Source of the DNA: an uncultured Candidatus Rokubacteria bacterium | GTDB lineage: Bacteria; Methylomirabilota; Methylomirabilia; Rokubacteriales; DASRDR01 | DNA length: 64,000 nt | Assembly (NCBI GenBank): GCA_963708025.1 | Contig: CAVPSB010000014.1 | Coordinates: 64,001-128,000, forward strand | Direction: 5' to 3' | Shown here: in pieces, positions 27,678-37,489 of the stretch | Numbering within the stretch: the first letter of the stretch is position 1 | Layout: every line of letters starts with the position of its first letter | Program-made: the position numbers and the translations under genes | The notes under the pieces: generated by a model | What the model saw: the letters and a program-made list of their open reading frames with translations, nothing else | The model's database searches: none | What the model was told of the DNA's origin: nothing

Positions 27678-28572
27678 TCAGCGCTGGACGCCGGGCACCC
27701 AGGCCGCGGTGCGGCCGCCGATCGTCTGGTGGCGGATCGGCTCGCCCCGGGCCGTCGTGACGTTCCGCTCCCAGCGGCGGTGGAACAGCCACGTCCGCGG
27801 GTAGCGGGCGCTGTCCGCCCCGGCCCGCACGGCGGTAGCCAGCACCGAGCGCAGACGCATCCGCAGCCGCCGGGCCTCGGCCGGCGTGAGCTCGCGGGCG
27901 GGTCGCCGCGGGTCGATCCGCGCCTGGTACAGCACCTCGTCGGCCACCCAGTTGCCCACGCCGGCGGCGAAGGTCTGGTCGAGCAGCACCGCCTTGATCG
28001 GCGCCGCCCGCTGCCGCAGCGATTCGCAGGAACCGGGAGACCGGCGGCAGCTCGCGGTAGGCGTCGAAGCCGAGCTGGCCGATCGGCGGCTCGCGGCGCG
28101 GGTCGTCCCGGAGGCGGAGGCGCCCCAGCCGGCGCGGGTCGGCGAAGGCCAGCTCGCCGCCGCCGTCGAAGGTGAGCCGGAGCTTGGTGAAGCGCGGGGG
28201 CCAGACGGATCCCGGTCGGCGTCCGCCCGGCGCATCGCCTCGCCGTCGCGCCTTCCGGACGCCGACGAAAGACGATCGATCGTTCCGGCCGTGCGCGACG
28301 AGCCAGACGCCGCGCCCGGGCGTGTAGAGCCCACCGCTCATGCCGAAGTGGAGGATCGGCCACGGTCGCCGATCGAGCTCCAGCCAGAGGTGCTTGCCGT
28401 GCCGCCGGACGGCGAGGATCCGCCGGCCGACGAGAGCCCGCCGGATCCGGGCGGGAGCCGCCCCGTCGAGGACGATCGGATCGGCCGCGCACCATACCGC
28501 GTCGATGCGGCGCCCGGCCGCCACCCGCTGGGCCAGCCGGCGGGCGGCCTCGACCTCAGGCAGCTCGGGCAT
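27678..28572 (-). CDS. mutM: Fpg/Nei family DNA glycosylase (zinc-less finger type); frameshift near 28030
   Basis: MPELPEVE, RHGKHLW, HFGMSG, ADPRRLG, LLDQTFAAGVGNWVADEVL, GGRTAAW. Confidence 0.85.
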
Positions 28573-28644
28573 GGCCGTGGAGCGCCACCCGCACGAGGAG
28601 GGCCCGTGAAGCAAGCACCGCCGCCGGTTTCTGCCGCCGTTTTC

Positions 28645-28673
28645 TTGACAGCGGTACTCGAATCCAATACCGT
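28645..28673 (+). promoter_or_regulatory. Putative sigma70 promoter
   Basis: TTGACA-N17-TACCGT upstream of the ATG at 28724. Confidence 0.55.
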
Positions 28674-28723
28674 AAAACGCACTGCGTCGAGTTGACCGTC
28701 CACTCTCGACTCAAGGAGCGGCG

Positions 28724-29700
28724 ATGCGAGTCAAGTTCTGGGGTACGGGGGGAGCTTCGGGCTCTTCAGTCCGGAGCGCACGCGGTACGGGTGCAACACG
28801 CTGTGCCTGGAGATCAACTCCGAGTGCCTGCCGCCCGGCCACCACCTCTACGTCGATTCGGGAACGGGGATCATCGCGGCCTCCCGGGACTTCATGCGAC
28901 GGGAGGGCCGGGCGCTCGTCATCCTCCAGTCCCACTACCACATCGACCACGTCGTCGGCTTCCCCGGGAGCCTGTTTCCGTACTACAAGGACTTCGCGAT
29001 CACGTTCGTGGGACCGGGCGAATACGGGAAGGGGCCACGGGAGGTGATGGCCGCCCTCATGCAGCCGCCGATCTTCCCGGTCCCGTTCGCCGAGGTCGGC
29101 AGCCACATCGACCACCACGTCGTGGACTTTCCCTCGACCGAGGTCGTCGTCTTCCACCCGATGATGCGGATGGCGATCCTGTCGGTCGAGGACTACGAGC
29201 GCCGGCTCCAGCGCGGCGGCGGAATGACCTTCGACGGCGGGACCGTGCCGGTCAGCGAGTGCCTCGTGGTCAAGATGACGCGGACGAACCACCCCGAGAA
29301 GACGATCGGGTACCGGTTCGAGGAAGGTCCGACCGGGCGAACCCTCGTCACGCTGTTCGATCACGAGAACGTGGACAGCGTCTCGCAGGCGCTCAAGGAC
29401 CACGCCCGGGACGCGGACCTCCTGGTCCAGGACTGCCAGTACGACCAGAAGGTCTACTGCGGCGAGCGGGGAAGCTGGGGGCACGGCGATCCCGTGGGCG
29501 TCCGCCGGATCGCGCACTACGGGCAGGTGAAGGCGGTGGCGCTGATCCATCACGACCCCTTCGCGACCGACAAGGAGATCGACGGCCACGTCGAGGAGGT
29601 CCGCGGCGGCGAGGGCCCGGAAAAGCTCACGATCCCCATCTTCGCCGCCGGCGATTATCTCGAGGTCGAGGTCGGCAACCCCAAGACCTACCCCGTGTAG
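28724..29700 (+). CDS. MBL-fold metallohydrolase (PhnP/ElaC-like); frameshift in the G-run near 28750
   Basis: MRVKFWGTGGS...RYGCNTLC, DSGTG, SHYHIDH, DCQY, WGH, HHDP. Confidence 0.85.
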
Positions 29701-29747
29701 CCGGACGCTCGCCCTCGACCTCCGACGACTCCGGGGGCCGGGGCGCG

Positions 29748-30311
29748 CTACCCGAGCGTCAGCGTGTGGCGGATGGTCTTCGCCACCTCCCCCCGGTCCA
29801 GCGAGAGGTAGTGGTAGCGCGCGCCGATCCACTCGGCGAGCTGGTCGCCGTAGTGGGGGCTGCCCGGGTGGCCGGACTGGCCCTGCGCGTCGACCGCCCA
29901 CAGCCCCGGCGGTGACGCGGCCAGCTCGGCGATCAGCCGGTAGTTGGCGCCCATCGGCGCCAGGTAGTTCGGGTCGTAGCCGGTGTTGCAGACGGTGGTC
30001 CCGTCGCCCTTGACCGGGAGGCCGCCCCGATCGAGGAGGCGGTCCTGGGCCATCGCGTAGCCGAAGGCGAAGAAGAGCGCCTCGTCGCGCTCCGCGTAGA
30101 TGTGGGGGATGCCCCAGCCGTCGCGGTGGATCTCGGCTTGGATCCCGCCGGGCGCCGACCGCGTCCCGCTCGCCGCGGGGACGCGGGCCGCGGTCTCCGC
30201 CGCCCACCACGCGTCCAGCTCGGGCCGCGTGAGGCCGGCGGCCGCGCAGACGGACACGATCGACTCGCCGGCGCCGAGCCGGCGCAGGATCTCCTTGGAT
30301 GCCAGCGTCAT
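29748..30311 (-). pseudogene. Penicillin acylase family gene with a large in-frame internal deletion
   Basis: N-terminal IHRDGWGIPHIYA...FGYAMAQDRL joined directly to C-terminal ...GQSGHPGSPHYGDQLAEW; only 187 aa, with no Ntn nucleophile region. Confidence 0.8.
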
Positions 30312-30865
30312 GATGCTCTCCCGAGTAAGTGGGCTTCGAGGATCGGGCGGAAATGCTCGAGGTCCGGCGTGGGCGCCCCGGCGACCTTGCCCTGGTCGTC
30401 CCAGCGGCGGAGCCGCACGGCGTCCTGGGCGTGGGGCGTGGCCTCGAACGCCCGGACCTCCGCCGGGCCGAACGGCCCGCCCTGAACCGCCAGGGTCCGG
30501 ATCGAGGCCGGCGAGAGCGCCGCCCGGTAGCCCGGGTTGACGGCGCAGAGGTAGCGCTTGGCCGCCACGTGGAGGCGGACCGGCTCGGCGACGGCCGGGA
30601 CGAACCGGCGCGACAGGAAGGCGAAGCCGATCTCCGCGTGGCGGCCGTCGAGGTCGGGGTCGGCGGCCTCGCCCGAGGGCCGGCGGAGCAGATACGCGAC
30701 GTCGTGGAGCAGCGCGGCGGCGACGAGCGCCGGGGCGGCCGCGTCTCGCTCGGCCGCCTGGGCGGTCTGGAGCATGTGGTCGGTGATCGAGAGCGGCTCG
30801 CCGAGGTAGGCCGTCCGGCCGTACTGGCGGTACGCCTCGAACAGCTCGTCGATCGGGTCGCTCAC
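30308..30865 (-). CDS. tmpB: HD-domain phosphonate C-P cleaving oxygenase (PhnZ/TmpB-like)
   Basis: YLGE...HMLQ, LLHD, GRHAE, LHVAAKRYL, LSPAS, QGGP, LRRWDD; overlaps the stop of the TmpA-like gene. Confidence 0.8.
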   Translation of the reverse strand: MSDPIDELFEAYRQYGRTAYLGEPLSITDHMLQTAQAAERDAAAPALVAAALLHDVAYLLRRPSGEAADPDLDGRHAEIGFAFLSRRFVPAVAEPVRLHVAAKRYLCAVNPGYRAALSPASIRTLAVQGGPFGPAEVRAFEATPHAQDAVRLRRWDDQGKVAGAPTPDLEHFRPILEAHLLGRAS

Positions 30866-32004
30866 GCGGGTGTCGTCGCCGGCGCGGCCGATGCGCGGCT
30901 CAGCACGGCCAGCCGGCTCCGCAGGGCGTCCATGTCGGCGTAGCAGCCCTGGAGGTGGCGCTGGCCCGCGCCGGAGAAGGCGGTGCGGCCGTGGAGCATT
31001 CTCAGGTTGTCGACGATGAAGAGGTCACCCGGGTCGAGCTTGAACCGGAGCTGCCATTCCGGGCTCTCCAGCATCCGGGCGAGCGCCAGGTAGGCGGCGT
31101 AGTACGCCTCGACCAGGTCGGGGGCGACGGCGAGCGGCGCCTTGGCCCGGTTGTTGAGACGGATCGCCGCCACCTCGCCCCGCGCGTCCAGCGTGATCAC
31201 CGGGTGCTCGGCCGTGAGCTCGGCCTCGGCATCGCGGAAGCGGAAGCGGACCGGCAGTCGCGCCAGCAGGTCGAACTGATCGGGGCGGGTGGCGCGGAGC
31301 CGCTCCGCGACCTCGAAGCCGTCCACCAGCGCGCTGTCTCCGCCGTCGACGCTCGAGGACAGGCAGTGGAGGAGCTGGAGCGTCGGGGCCGGGTCGCGGT
31401 ACGGGTTGTCGGTGTGGCAGGAGAGCCCGAGCCCCGTGTAGGCCAGGTTGGTCGGGTTCAGCACCGAGCGGACGTCGAAGAGCCGCCCGTAGTTCGTCTC
31501 GCGCACGTGGCCGAAGAGCTCGGCGACCCGGCAGACCTCGCCGGGCACCGCCGGCACGCCACGGAGGAGGGCGAACCCGTAGGCGTCGACCGCCGCCAGC
31601 CAGTCGCGGAGCGCCGACGGATCGGCGACGACGTCGGCGTGGCGGGCCTCGGGGAGCCCGGTGTGCGATTCGGCGCGCCAGGAGCGCCACCGGCGGGGAC
31701 CCGGCCGGTCGGCGTCGCAGTAGCAATGGGCGCGGAGCCAGGCCGTGGGGTAGACGCCCGCGTGGCCGTCAGCCCACGCGACCTCCACGTCGCCGTCGGG
31801 ATTGACTCGGGCCGAGGCGAGCGCGAGATCGTCCGGGATGACGCCCGTCTCCAGGAGCCGCTGCCCGGTGCCGGGATGGGCGCACGCCGGGCAGGGACAG
31901 CCGTCCCGGAGCCAGATCGCGTGGAAGCGGCTCGCGTGGCCGTCCGCCCACCGGATCGCGAGATCCTGGCCGGACCGGGCGAGGTCGAGGATTCGATCGG
32001 GCAC
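30862..32004 (-). CDS. tmpA: Fe(II)/2-oxoglutarate dioxygenase, gamma-butyrobetaine hydroxylase-like (TmpA-like)
   Basis: N-terminal WLRDGCPCPAC (DUF971), VRETNYG, NLAYT, HTDNPYRDP, LHGR, LQGCY; SD AAAGGAG before GTG 32004. Confidence 0.82.
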   Translation of the reverse strand: MPDRILDLARSGQDLAIRWADGHASRFHAIWLRDGCPCPACAHPGTGQRLLETGVIPDDLALASARVNPDGDVEVAWADGHAGVYPTAWLRAHCYCDADRPGPRRWRSWRAESHTGLPEARHADVVADPSALRDWLAAVDAYGFALLRGVPAVPGEVCRVAELFGHVRETNYGRLFDVRSVLNPTNLAYTGLGLSCHTDNPYRDPAPTLQLLHCLSSSVDGGDSALVDGFEVAERLRATRPDQFDLLARLPVRFRFRDAEAELTAEHPVITLDARGEVAAIRLNNRAKAPLAVAPDLVEAYYAAYLALARMLESPEWQLRFKLDPGDLFIVDNLRMLHGRTAFSGAGQRHLQGCYADMDALRSRLAVLSRASAAPATTPA

Positions 32005-32031
32005 GCGACACTCCTTTCGACGACGGCCCAC

Positions 32032-32073
32032 ATTATAGGGCCGTTTGACAGGCCTGGCGTCCCTGGCTAGGAT
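32032..32073. promoter_or_regulatory. Closely spaced divergent promoters (tmpA-like gene versus SBP operon)
   Basis: Plus strand TTGACA(32045)-N17-TAGGAT; minus strand perfect TATAAT at 32032-32037. Confidence 0.6.
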
Positions 32074-32125
32074 GAGGGCCACCCCGAAGACGGTTCCGCG
32101 GCCTCACCGTATCAAGGAGGATCCT

Positions 32126-33665
32126 ATGGGTCGTGCCGTCCTTTCCGCCGCCCTCGTCGCGCTGGTCCTGGGCCTCGCGCCCGCGCCCGACCTGGCCGCC
32201 CAGACGAAGGAGGACACCCTCGTCTACGCGCTCCAGTCGGACATCGACAACTGGGACCCGCCCAACTCGGTCCTCCGGGAGGCGATCATCCTCGGCTACC
32301 ACGTGTTCGACCACCTCGCCGTCCGCGACCTCAAGACCCGGAAGGTCGGCCCCAACCTGGCCGTCTCGTGGAAGACCCTCGACGACACGACCTGGGAGGT
32401 CAAGCTCCGCCCGAACGTGAAGTTCCACGATGGCAGCCCGTTCACCGCGCGGGACGTCAAGGCGACGTTCGACCGGGTCCTGGACCCCGAGAAGAAGATG
32501 ACGGCCCGGGGGAACCACGCCAAGATCAAGAGCGTGGAGGTCGTGGACGACCTCACGGTGCGCTTCAAGACGGACGGGCCGTACCCCCTCTTCGTGGAGC
32601 GCATGAGCGCGCTCGTCATGCAGTCCGAGAAGCAGATCAAGGAGAAGGGGCACGAGTGGATGCAGGAGCACCCGGTCGGCACCGGCCCCTACAAGCTGGT
32701 CCGCTGGAACCGGAAGCAGGAGCACCTCCTGGTCCGCAACGACGACTACTGGGGGGCCAAGCCGTACTTCAAGCACGTCCGGGTCCGGATCATCCCCGAG
32801 CAGGCGACCCAGATCGCCGAGCTGATCTCGGGCGGGGTGGACGTGATCAAGGCGGTCCCGCCCGACCAGATGGACGTGATCGACAAGTCGGGGCAGGCCC
32901 GGACCGCGACCTCGCCGATCCTCCGGACCGCGATGCTCCAGCTCGACCAGGCCGGCCGCGGCGGCCCCAACCCCTTCCAGGACCGGCGCGTCCGGCATGG
33001 CCGCCAACCTGGCCGTGGACATCGACGCGGTGATCAAGCACGTGCTGAACGGCCTCGGCGACCGGACGCCGACGGCCGTCAACCCCATGGCGTTCGGCTT
33101 CGACCCCGCCGTCAAGCCGTACCGGCAGGACCTGGCCCAGGCCAAGAAGCTCCTGGCCGAGGCCGGGTTCCCGAACGGCCTCGACGTCCGCTTCAACACC
33201 GGACCGCCGATCGTGGAGCCGGCCATCCAGCAGACCAACGACGCCATCGTGGCCGACCTGACCAAGGCCGGCTTCCGCGTCCAGCAGCACTACATCGGCG
33301 ACAACACCGTGCTGGTCGCCCAGATCCGGGACAGCAAGGCCGGGCCGATGTTCAACTGGTCGTGGGGCTACTACTCGGTGTTCGACGCCGACGCGATCCT
33401 CTACGACGTCTTCAAGTGCGGCGAGACGTACAGCTACTACTGCAACAAGCAGCTCGACGACCTGATCCACGCCGGGCGCTCGACGCTCGACGCGAAGCGG
33501 CGGACCGAGATCTACTCCCAGGCCCAGAAGCTCCTCTCCGAGGACGCCGCCTACCTCTACAAGTGGGGGCTGCGGGGCGTGTGGGGGATCAGTAACCGCG
33601 TGGAGTACCAGGCCCCGGCCGACGAGGTCGACCGGATGTTCACCGCCACGCTCCGCAAGAAGTAG
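32126..33665 (+). CDS. ABC peptide-type substrate-binding protein, paralogue 1; frameshift near 32997
   Basis: SD AAGGAGG; LRPNVKFHDGSPFTARDV, PVGTGPY; ORFs 32045-33595 and 32997-33665 together are collinear with the downstream paralogue. Confidence 0.9.
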
Positions 33666-33676
33666 AGGAGGCGGTC

Positions 33677-35215
33677 ATGGCTCGTGTCCTCGCCCTCGCC
33701 GTCACGCTCGCCCTGGTGCTCGGGCTCCTCGCGGCCGGTGAGGCCCGGGCCCAGACCAAGGACGACACCGTCGTCTACGCGCTCCTCTCCGACGTCGGGA
33801 CGTGGGACCCGCCGAACTCGGTCCTCCGGGAGGCCATCATCCTCGGCTACCACGTCTTCGACCACCTGGCCGCCCGCGATCAGAAGACCGGGAAGGTCGG
33901 CCCGAGCCTGGCCCTCTCCTGGCGGGCGCTCGACGACACGACGTGGGAGGTCAAGCTTCGCCCCAACGTGAAGTTCCACGACGGCTCGCCCTTCACCGCG
34001 CGCGACGTCAAGGGTTCGTTCGAGCGGGTCCTCGATCCCGAGAAGAAGATGCCGGCTCGCGGCAACCACCTGAAGGTCAAGAGCGTGGAGGTCGTCGATG
34101 ACCTCACGGCGCGCTTCAAGACCGACGGCCCCTATCCGCTCTTCGTCGAGCGCATGACCGCGCTGGTCATGTCCTCCGAGAAGGCGATGCGGGAGAAGGG
34201 CCACGAGTGGATGCAGGAGAACGCGGTCGGCACCGGGCCCTACAAGCTCGTCCGCTGGAACAAGAAGCAGGAGCACCTCCTGGTCCGGAACGACGACTAC
34301 TGGGGGCCCAAGCCCTCCTTCAAGTACGTCCGGGTCCGGATCATCCCCGAGCAGGCCACCCAGATCGCCGAGCTCGTCTCGGGCGGGGTGGACATCATCA
34401 AGTCGGTGCCCCCCGACCAGATGGACGTGATCAGCAAGTCGGGCTCGGCCCGCGTCGGGACGTCGCCCATCCTGAGGACGGCCTTCCTCCAGCTCGACCA
34501 GGCGGCGCGCGGCGGCCCCAACCCGTTCACCGATCGCCGGGTTCGGCAGGCGGCCAACCTCGCGGTCGACGTGGACGCGGTGATCAAGCACGTCCTCAAC
34601 GGGCTCGGCGACCGCGTGGCGACCGTCGTCAACCCGATGGCCTTCGGCTTCGACCCCGGGCTCAAGCCGTACCGGCAGGATCAGGCCCAGGCCAGGAAGC
34701 TCCTGGCCGACGCCGGCTACCCGAACGGCTTCGACGTCCGCTTCCAGACGGGACTCGAGGGGACGGAGCCGGCGACGCTCCAGACCAACGAGGCGATCGT
34801 GGCCGACCTGGCCAAGGTCGGGATCCGGGCCCAGCAGCAGTACATCGGGGAGACCGTGGTCTTCTCGACCCGGACCCGGGACGGCAAGGCCGGCCCCATG
34901 TCCAACTTCAACTGGGGCTACTACTCCGTGTTCGACGCCGACGCCATCGTGTTCGACATCTTCAAGTGCGAGCAGCCGTTCAGCTACTACTGCAACAAGG
35001 AGGTGGACGAGCTGATCGTGGCCGGCCGCTCGACCCTGGACCAGAAGAAGCGCGCCGACATCTACGTCCGGGTCCAGAAGATGCTCTTCGACGACGCGGC
35101 GGCGCTCTTCAAGTGGGGACTCCGGGGCGTGTGGGGGATCAGCAACCGCGTGGAGTACGAGGCCCCCCGGGACGAGATCGACCGCATGTTCGTCGTGACG
35201 CTCCGCAAGAAGTGA
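33677..35215 (+). CDS. ABC peptide-type substrate-binding protein, paralogue 2
   Basis: SBP_bac_5 motifs; highly similar to the upstream gene. Confidence 0.93.
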   Translation: MARVLALAVTLALVLGLLAAGEARAQTKDDTVVYALLSDVGTWDPPNSVLREAIILGYHVFDHLAARDQKTGKVGPSLALSWRALDDTTWEVKLRPNVKFHDGSPFTARDVKGSFERVLDPEKKMPARGNHLKVKSVEVVDDLTARFKTDGPYPLFVERMTALVMSSEKAMREKGHEWMQENAVGTGPYKLVRWNKKQEHLLVRNDDYWGPKPSFKYVRVRIIPEQATQIAELVSGGVDIIKSVPPDQMDVISKSGSARVGTSPILRTAFLQLDQAARGGPNPFTDRRVRQAANLAVDVDAVIKHVLNGLGDRVATVVNPMAFGFDPGLKPYRQDQAQARKLLADAGYPNGFDVRFQTGLEGTEPATLQTNEAIVADLAKVGIRAQQQYIGETVVFSTRTRDGKAGPMSNFNWGYYSVFDADAIVFDIFKCEQPFSYYCNKEVDELIVAGRSTLDQKKRADIYVRVQKMLFDDAAALFKWGLRGVWGISNRVEYEAPRDEIDRMFVVTLRKK

Positions 35216-35236
35216 CCCGCCTCTTCCTCCGCCACC

Positions 35237-35277
35237 CCCTCTCCCTCCCCCGGGGAGGGAGAGGGTCGGGGTGAGGG
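35237..35277 (+). repeat. Family B (BoxC-like) repeat between SBP and permease
   Basis: CCCTCTCCCTCCCCCGGGGAGGGAGAGGGTCGGGGTGAGGG. Confidence 0.85.
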
Positions 35278-35305
35278 TGGAGGAGAGCAGCCGGCCGGTC
35301 GCCCC

Positions 35306-36226
35306 GTGAGAAACTACTTCGCCCGCCAGCTCGTCCAGCTCGTCGTCGTCGTCGTCGGGATCTCGGTCCTCTCGTTCGCCATCCTCTACGTGATCGGCGA
35401 CCCGGTGCTGCTGCTCCTGCCCCAGAACGCCGGCAAGGAGGAGTTCGAGCGCTACCGGAAGCTCCTCGGCCTCGACCAGCCGCTCTGGGTCCAGTACTGG
35501 CGCTTCGCCAGCCAGGCCGTCCAGGGCGACTTCGGGAAGTCCTGGTACGCCGACACGCCGGCCTTCCGCCTGGTGCTGGAGCGGATGCCGCCGACGATCT
35601 ACCTCACGCTGGCCGGCCTGGGGGTCGGGCTCGCCATCGCCCTGCCGCTCGGCGTCCTGGCCGCGCTCAAGCGGCACTCGCTGGTGGACAACCTGTGCAC
35701 GGTGGTGGCGGTGGCCGGGCAGGCGATGCCGCTCTTCTGGCTCGGCATCATGCTGATCATCGTCTTCGCGGTCCACCTCCGGCTGCTCCCGGCCTCCGGC
35801 TACGGGACCTGGCAGCACTTCGTCATGCCGGCCCTCTGCCTCGGCGCCTTCCTGGCCCCGGTGTCGATGCGCCTGGTCCGGTCGGGCGTCATCGAGGTGA
35901 TGAGCACGGAGTACATCAAGACGGCCCGCGCCAAGGGGGTGCGGGAGTGGCGGGTGGTAGCCAAGCACGCCTTCCGCAACGCGTGCATCCCGGTCATCAC
36001 CGTGCTCGGCATCCAGTTCGGCCAGCTCCTCGGCGGCGCCATCATCACCGAGACGGTCTTCGCCTGGCCTGGCGTCGCCACGCTGACCGTCGAGTCGATC
36101 CGGAACCAGGACTTTCCGGTGGTCCAGTGCGCCGTCGTGCTCCTGGCCCTGGTCATCGTCGTGGTGAACGTGCTGGTGGACCTGGCCGTCGGCCTGATCG
36201 ACCCCCGGATCCGGGTCGGCGCGTGA
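35306..36226 (+). CDS. ABC permease (DppB/OppB-like)
   Basis: YIKTARAKG, HAFRNA, ETVFAWPG, IDPRI. Confidence 0.93.
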   Translation: MRNYFARQLVQLVVVVVGISVLSFAILYVIGDPVLLLLPQNAGKEEFERYRKLLGLDQPLWVQYWRFASQAVQGDFGKSWYADTPAFRLVLERMPPTIYLTLAGLGVGLAIALPLGVLAALKRHSLVDNLCTVVAVAGQAMPLFWLGIMLIIVFAVHLRLLPASGYGTWQHFVMPALCLGAFLAPVSMRLVRSGVIEVMSTEYIKTARAKGVREWRVVAKHAFRNACIPVITVLGIQFGQLLGGAIITETVFAWPGVATLTVESIRNQDFPVVQCAVVLLALVIVVVNVLVDLAVGLIDPRIRVGA

Positions 36227-37146
36227 GCGCGGTCACCGCCCGCACCGAGGCCGCCGTCGACGGCCGCGTCGTTCCAGGGTCGAGCGCGGCGGCCGAGCGC
36301 CGGGTGGCGTGGCGGCGGCTGTGGCGGCTCAAGTGGGGCGTGGCGGCGAGCGTCGTCCTCCTCGGCATCGTGGCCAGCGCCGTGTTCGCGCCGCGGGTGG
36401 CCCCCCACGATCCGCTGGCCGTGAACATCCGGCACCGCCTGGCCCCGCCGGCCTGGATGGCGGGCGGCGCCGCGCAGCACTGGCTGGGGACCGACCAGGT
36501 GGGGCGCGACCTGCTCTCGCGGGTCGTCTACGGGGGACGCGTCTCCCTGGTGGTGGGCGTCGCCGCGGTGGCGATCTCGGCCCTCCTCGGCGTCCTGCTG
36601 GGGCTGGGCGCCGGCTACTTCGCCGGTCGCGCCGACGGGCTCATCATGACGCTCGTCAACGTCATGCTCACGTTCCCGTTCGTCCTGCTGGCGCTGGCGG
36701 TGATCGCCGTGCTCGGCCCCAGCCTGGTGAACATGATCGCCGTGCTCGGCGCCGCCGGCTGGCCGATCTACACGCGGGTGGTGCGGGCGGAGACGCTGGC
36801 GATCCGGGAGCGCGAGTTCGTCCTGGCGGCGCGGGCGCTGGGGAGCGGCCACGCCCGGATCGTCTTCCGCCAGATCCTCCCCAACGTGGCCTCGGCGATC
36901 GTGGTGATCGCCACGCTCCAGGTGGCCCAGGTCATCATCCTGGAGTCGTTCCTGTCGTTCCTGGGCCTCGGCGTCCAGCCGCCCACGCCGGCCTGGGGCA
37001 ACATGCTGGGCGAGGGGCGGGTCTACATGCTCAACTCGTGGTGGATCGCCGCCTTCCCCGGCCTCGCCATCTTCGTCACCACCCTGGCCATCAACCTGGT
37101 GGGGAACGCCCTGCGCGACTGGCTCGACCCCCACCTGAAGCTGTAG
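36223..37146 (+). CDS. ABC permease (DppC/OppC-like)
   Basis: LGTDQVGRDLLSR, ILPN, ESFLSFLGLG, ALRDWLDP. Confidence 0.92.
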   Translation: MSAVTARTEAAVDGRVVPGSSAAAERRVAWRRLWRLKWGVAASVVLLGIVASAVFAPRVAPHDPLAVNIRHRLAPPAWMAGGAAQHWLGTDQVGRDLLSRVVYGGRVSLVVGVAAVAISALLGVLLGLGAGYFAGRADGLIMTLVNVMLTFPFVLLALAVIAVLGPSLVNMIAVLGAAGWPIYTRVVRAETLAIREREFVLAARALGSGHARIVFRQILPNVASAIVVIATLQVAQVIILESFLSFLGLGVQPPTPAWGNMLGEGRVYMLNSWWIAAFPGLAIFVTTLAINLVGNALRDWLDPHLKL

Positions 37147-37181
37147 CGGGCGGGGCCGATGAGCGTCGCATCGTTCATCTC

Positions 37182-37329
37182 GGTCGGGACGCGCTCGGCC
37201 TGCGGCCTCTCGGCCGTCCCGACCTATGGTCGTGCTTGGTGTACAGCCGCTCCCCGACCGCGAGCGGCACCCGCGTCCGGCCGGCGACGCGGGACGCGCT
37301 CGGCCTGCGGCCTCTCGGCCGTCCCGACC
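37182..37329 (+). repeat. Family C hairpin: two identical 40-bp direct copies (37185-37224 and 37290-37329), 65 bp apart
   Basis: CGGGACGCGCTCGGCCTGCGGCCTCTCGGCCGTCCCGACC twice; stem CGGGACG/CGTCCCG. Confidence 0.9.
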
Positions 37330-37489
37330 GTGGCGTCCTCGGTCGTCGCCGATCCTCGGCGCATGCAGCATACGCCTGCGGTCGGCGACTCCCTGCGTCT
37401 TTCGGAAGACCCCCGAAGCCCCGAGCCGGGCGGCGGCGAGGCCGGCGCTCGGAGTTCTTCGTGGCCGGGGCGCCAGGGCGCGAGACCAC

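Noticed and set aside
37185-37329. Possible mini CRISPR array
   Set aside because: Only two repeats, a 65-bp spacer, no leader or cas genes, and a dispersed variant at 4884. It behaves like a REP-type element.
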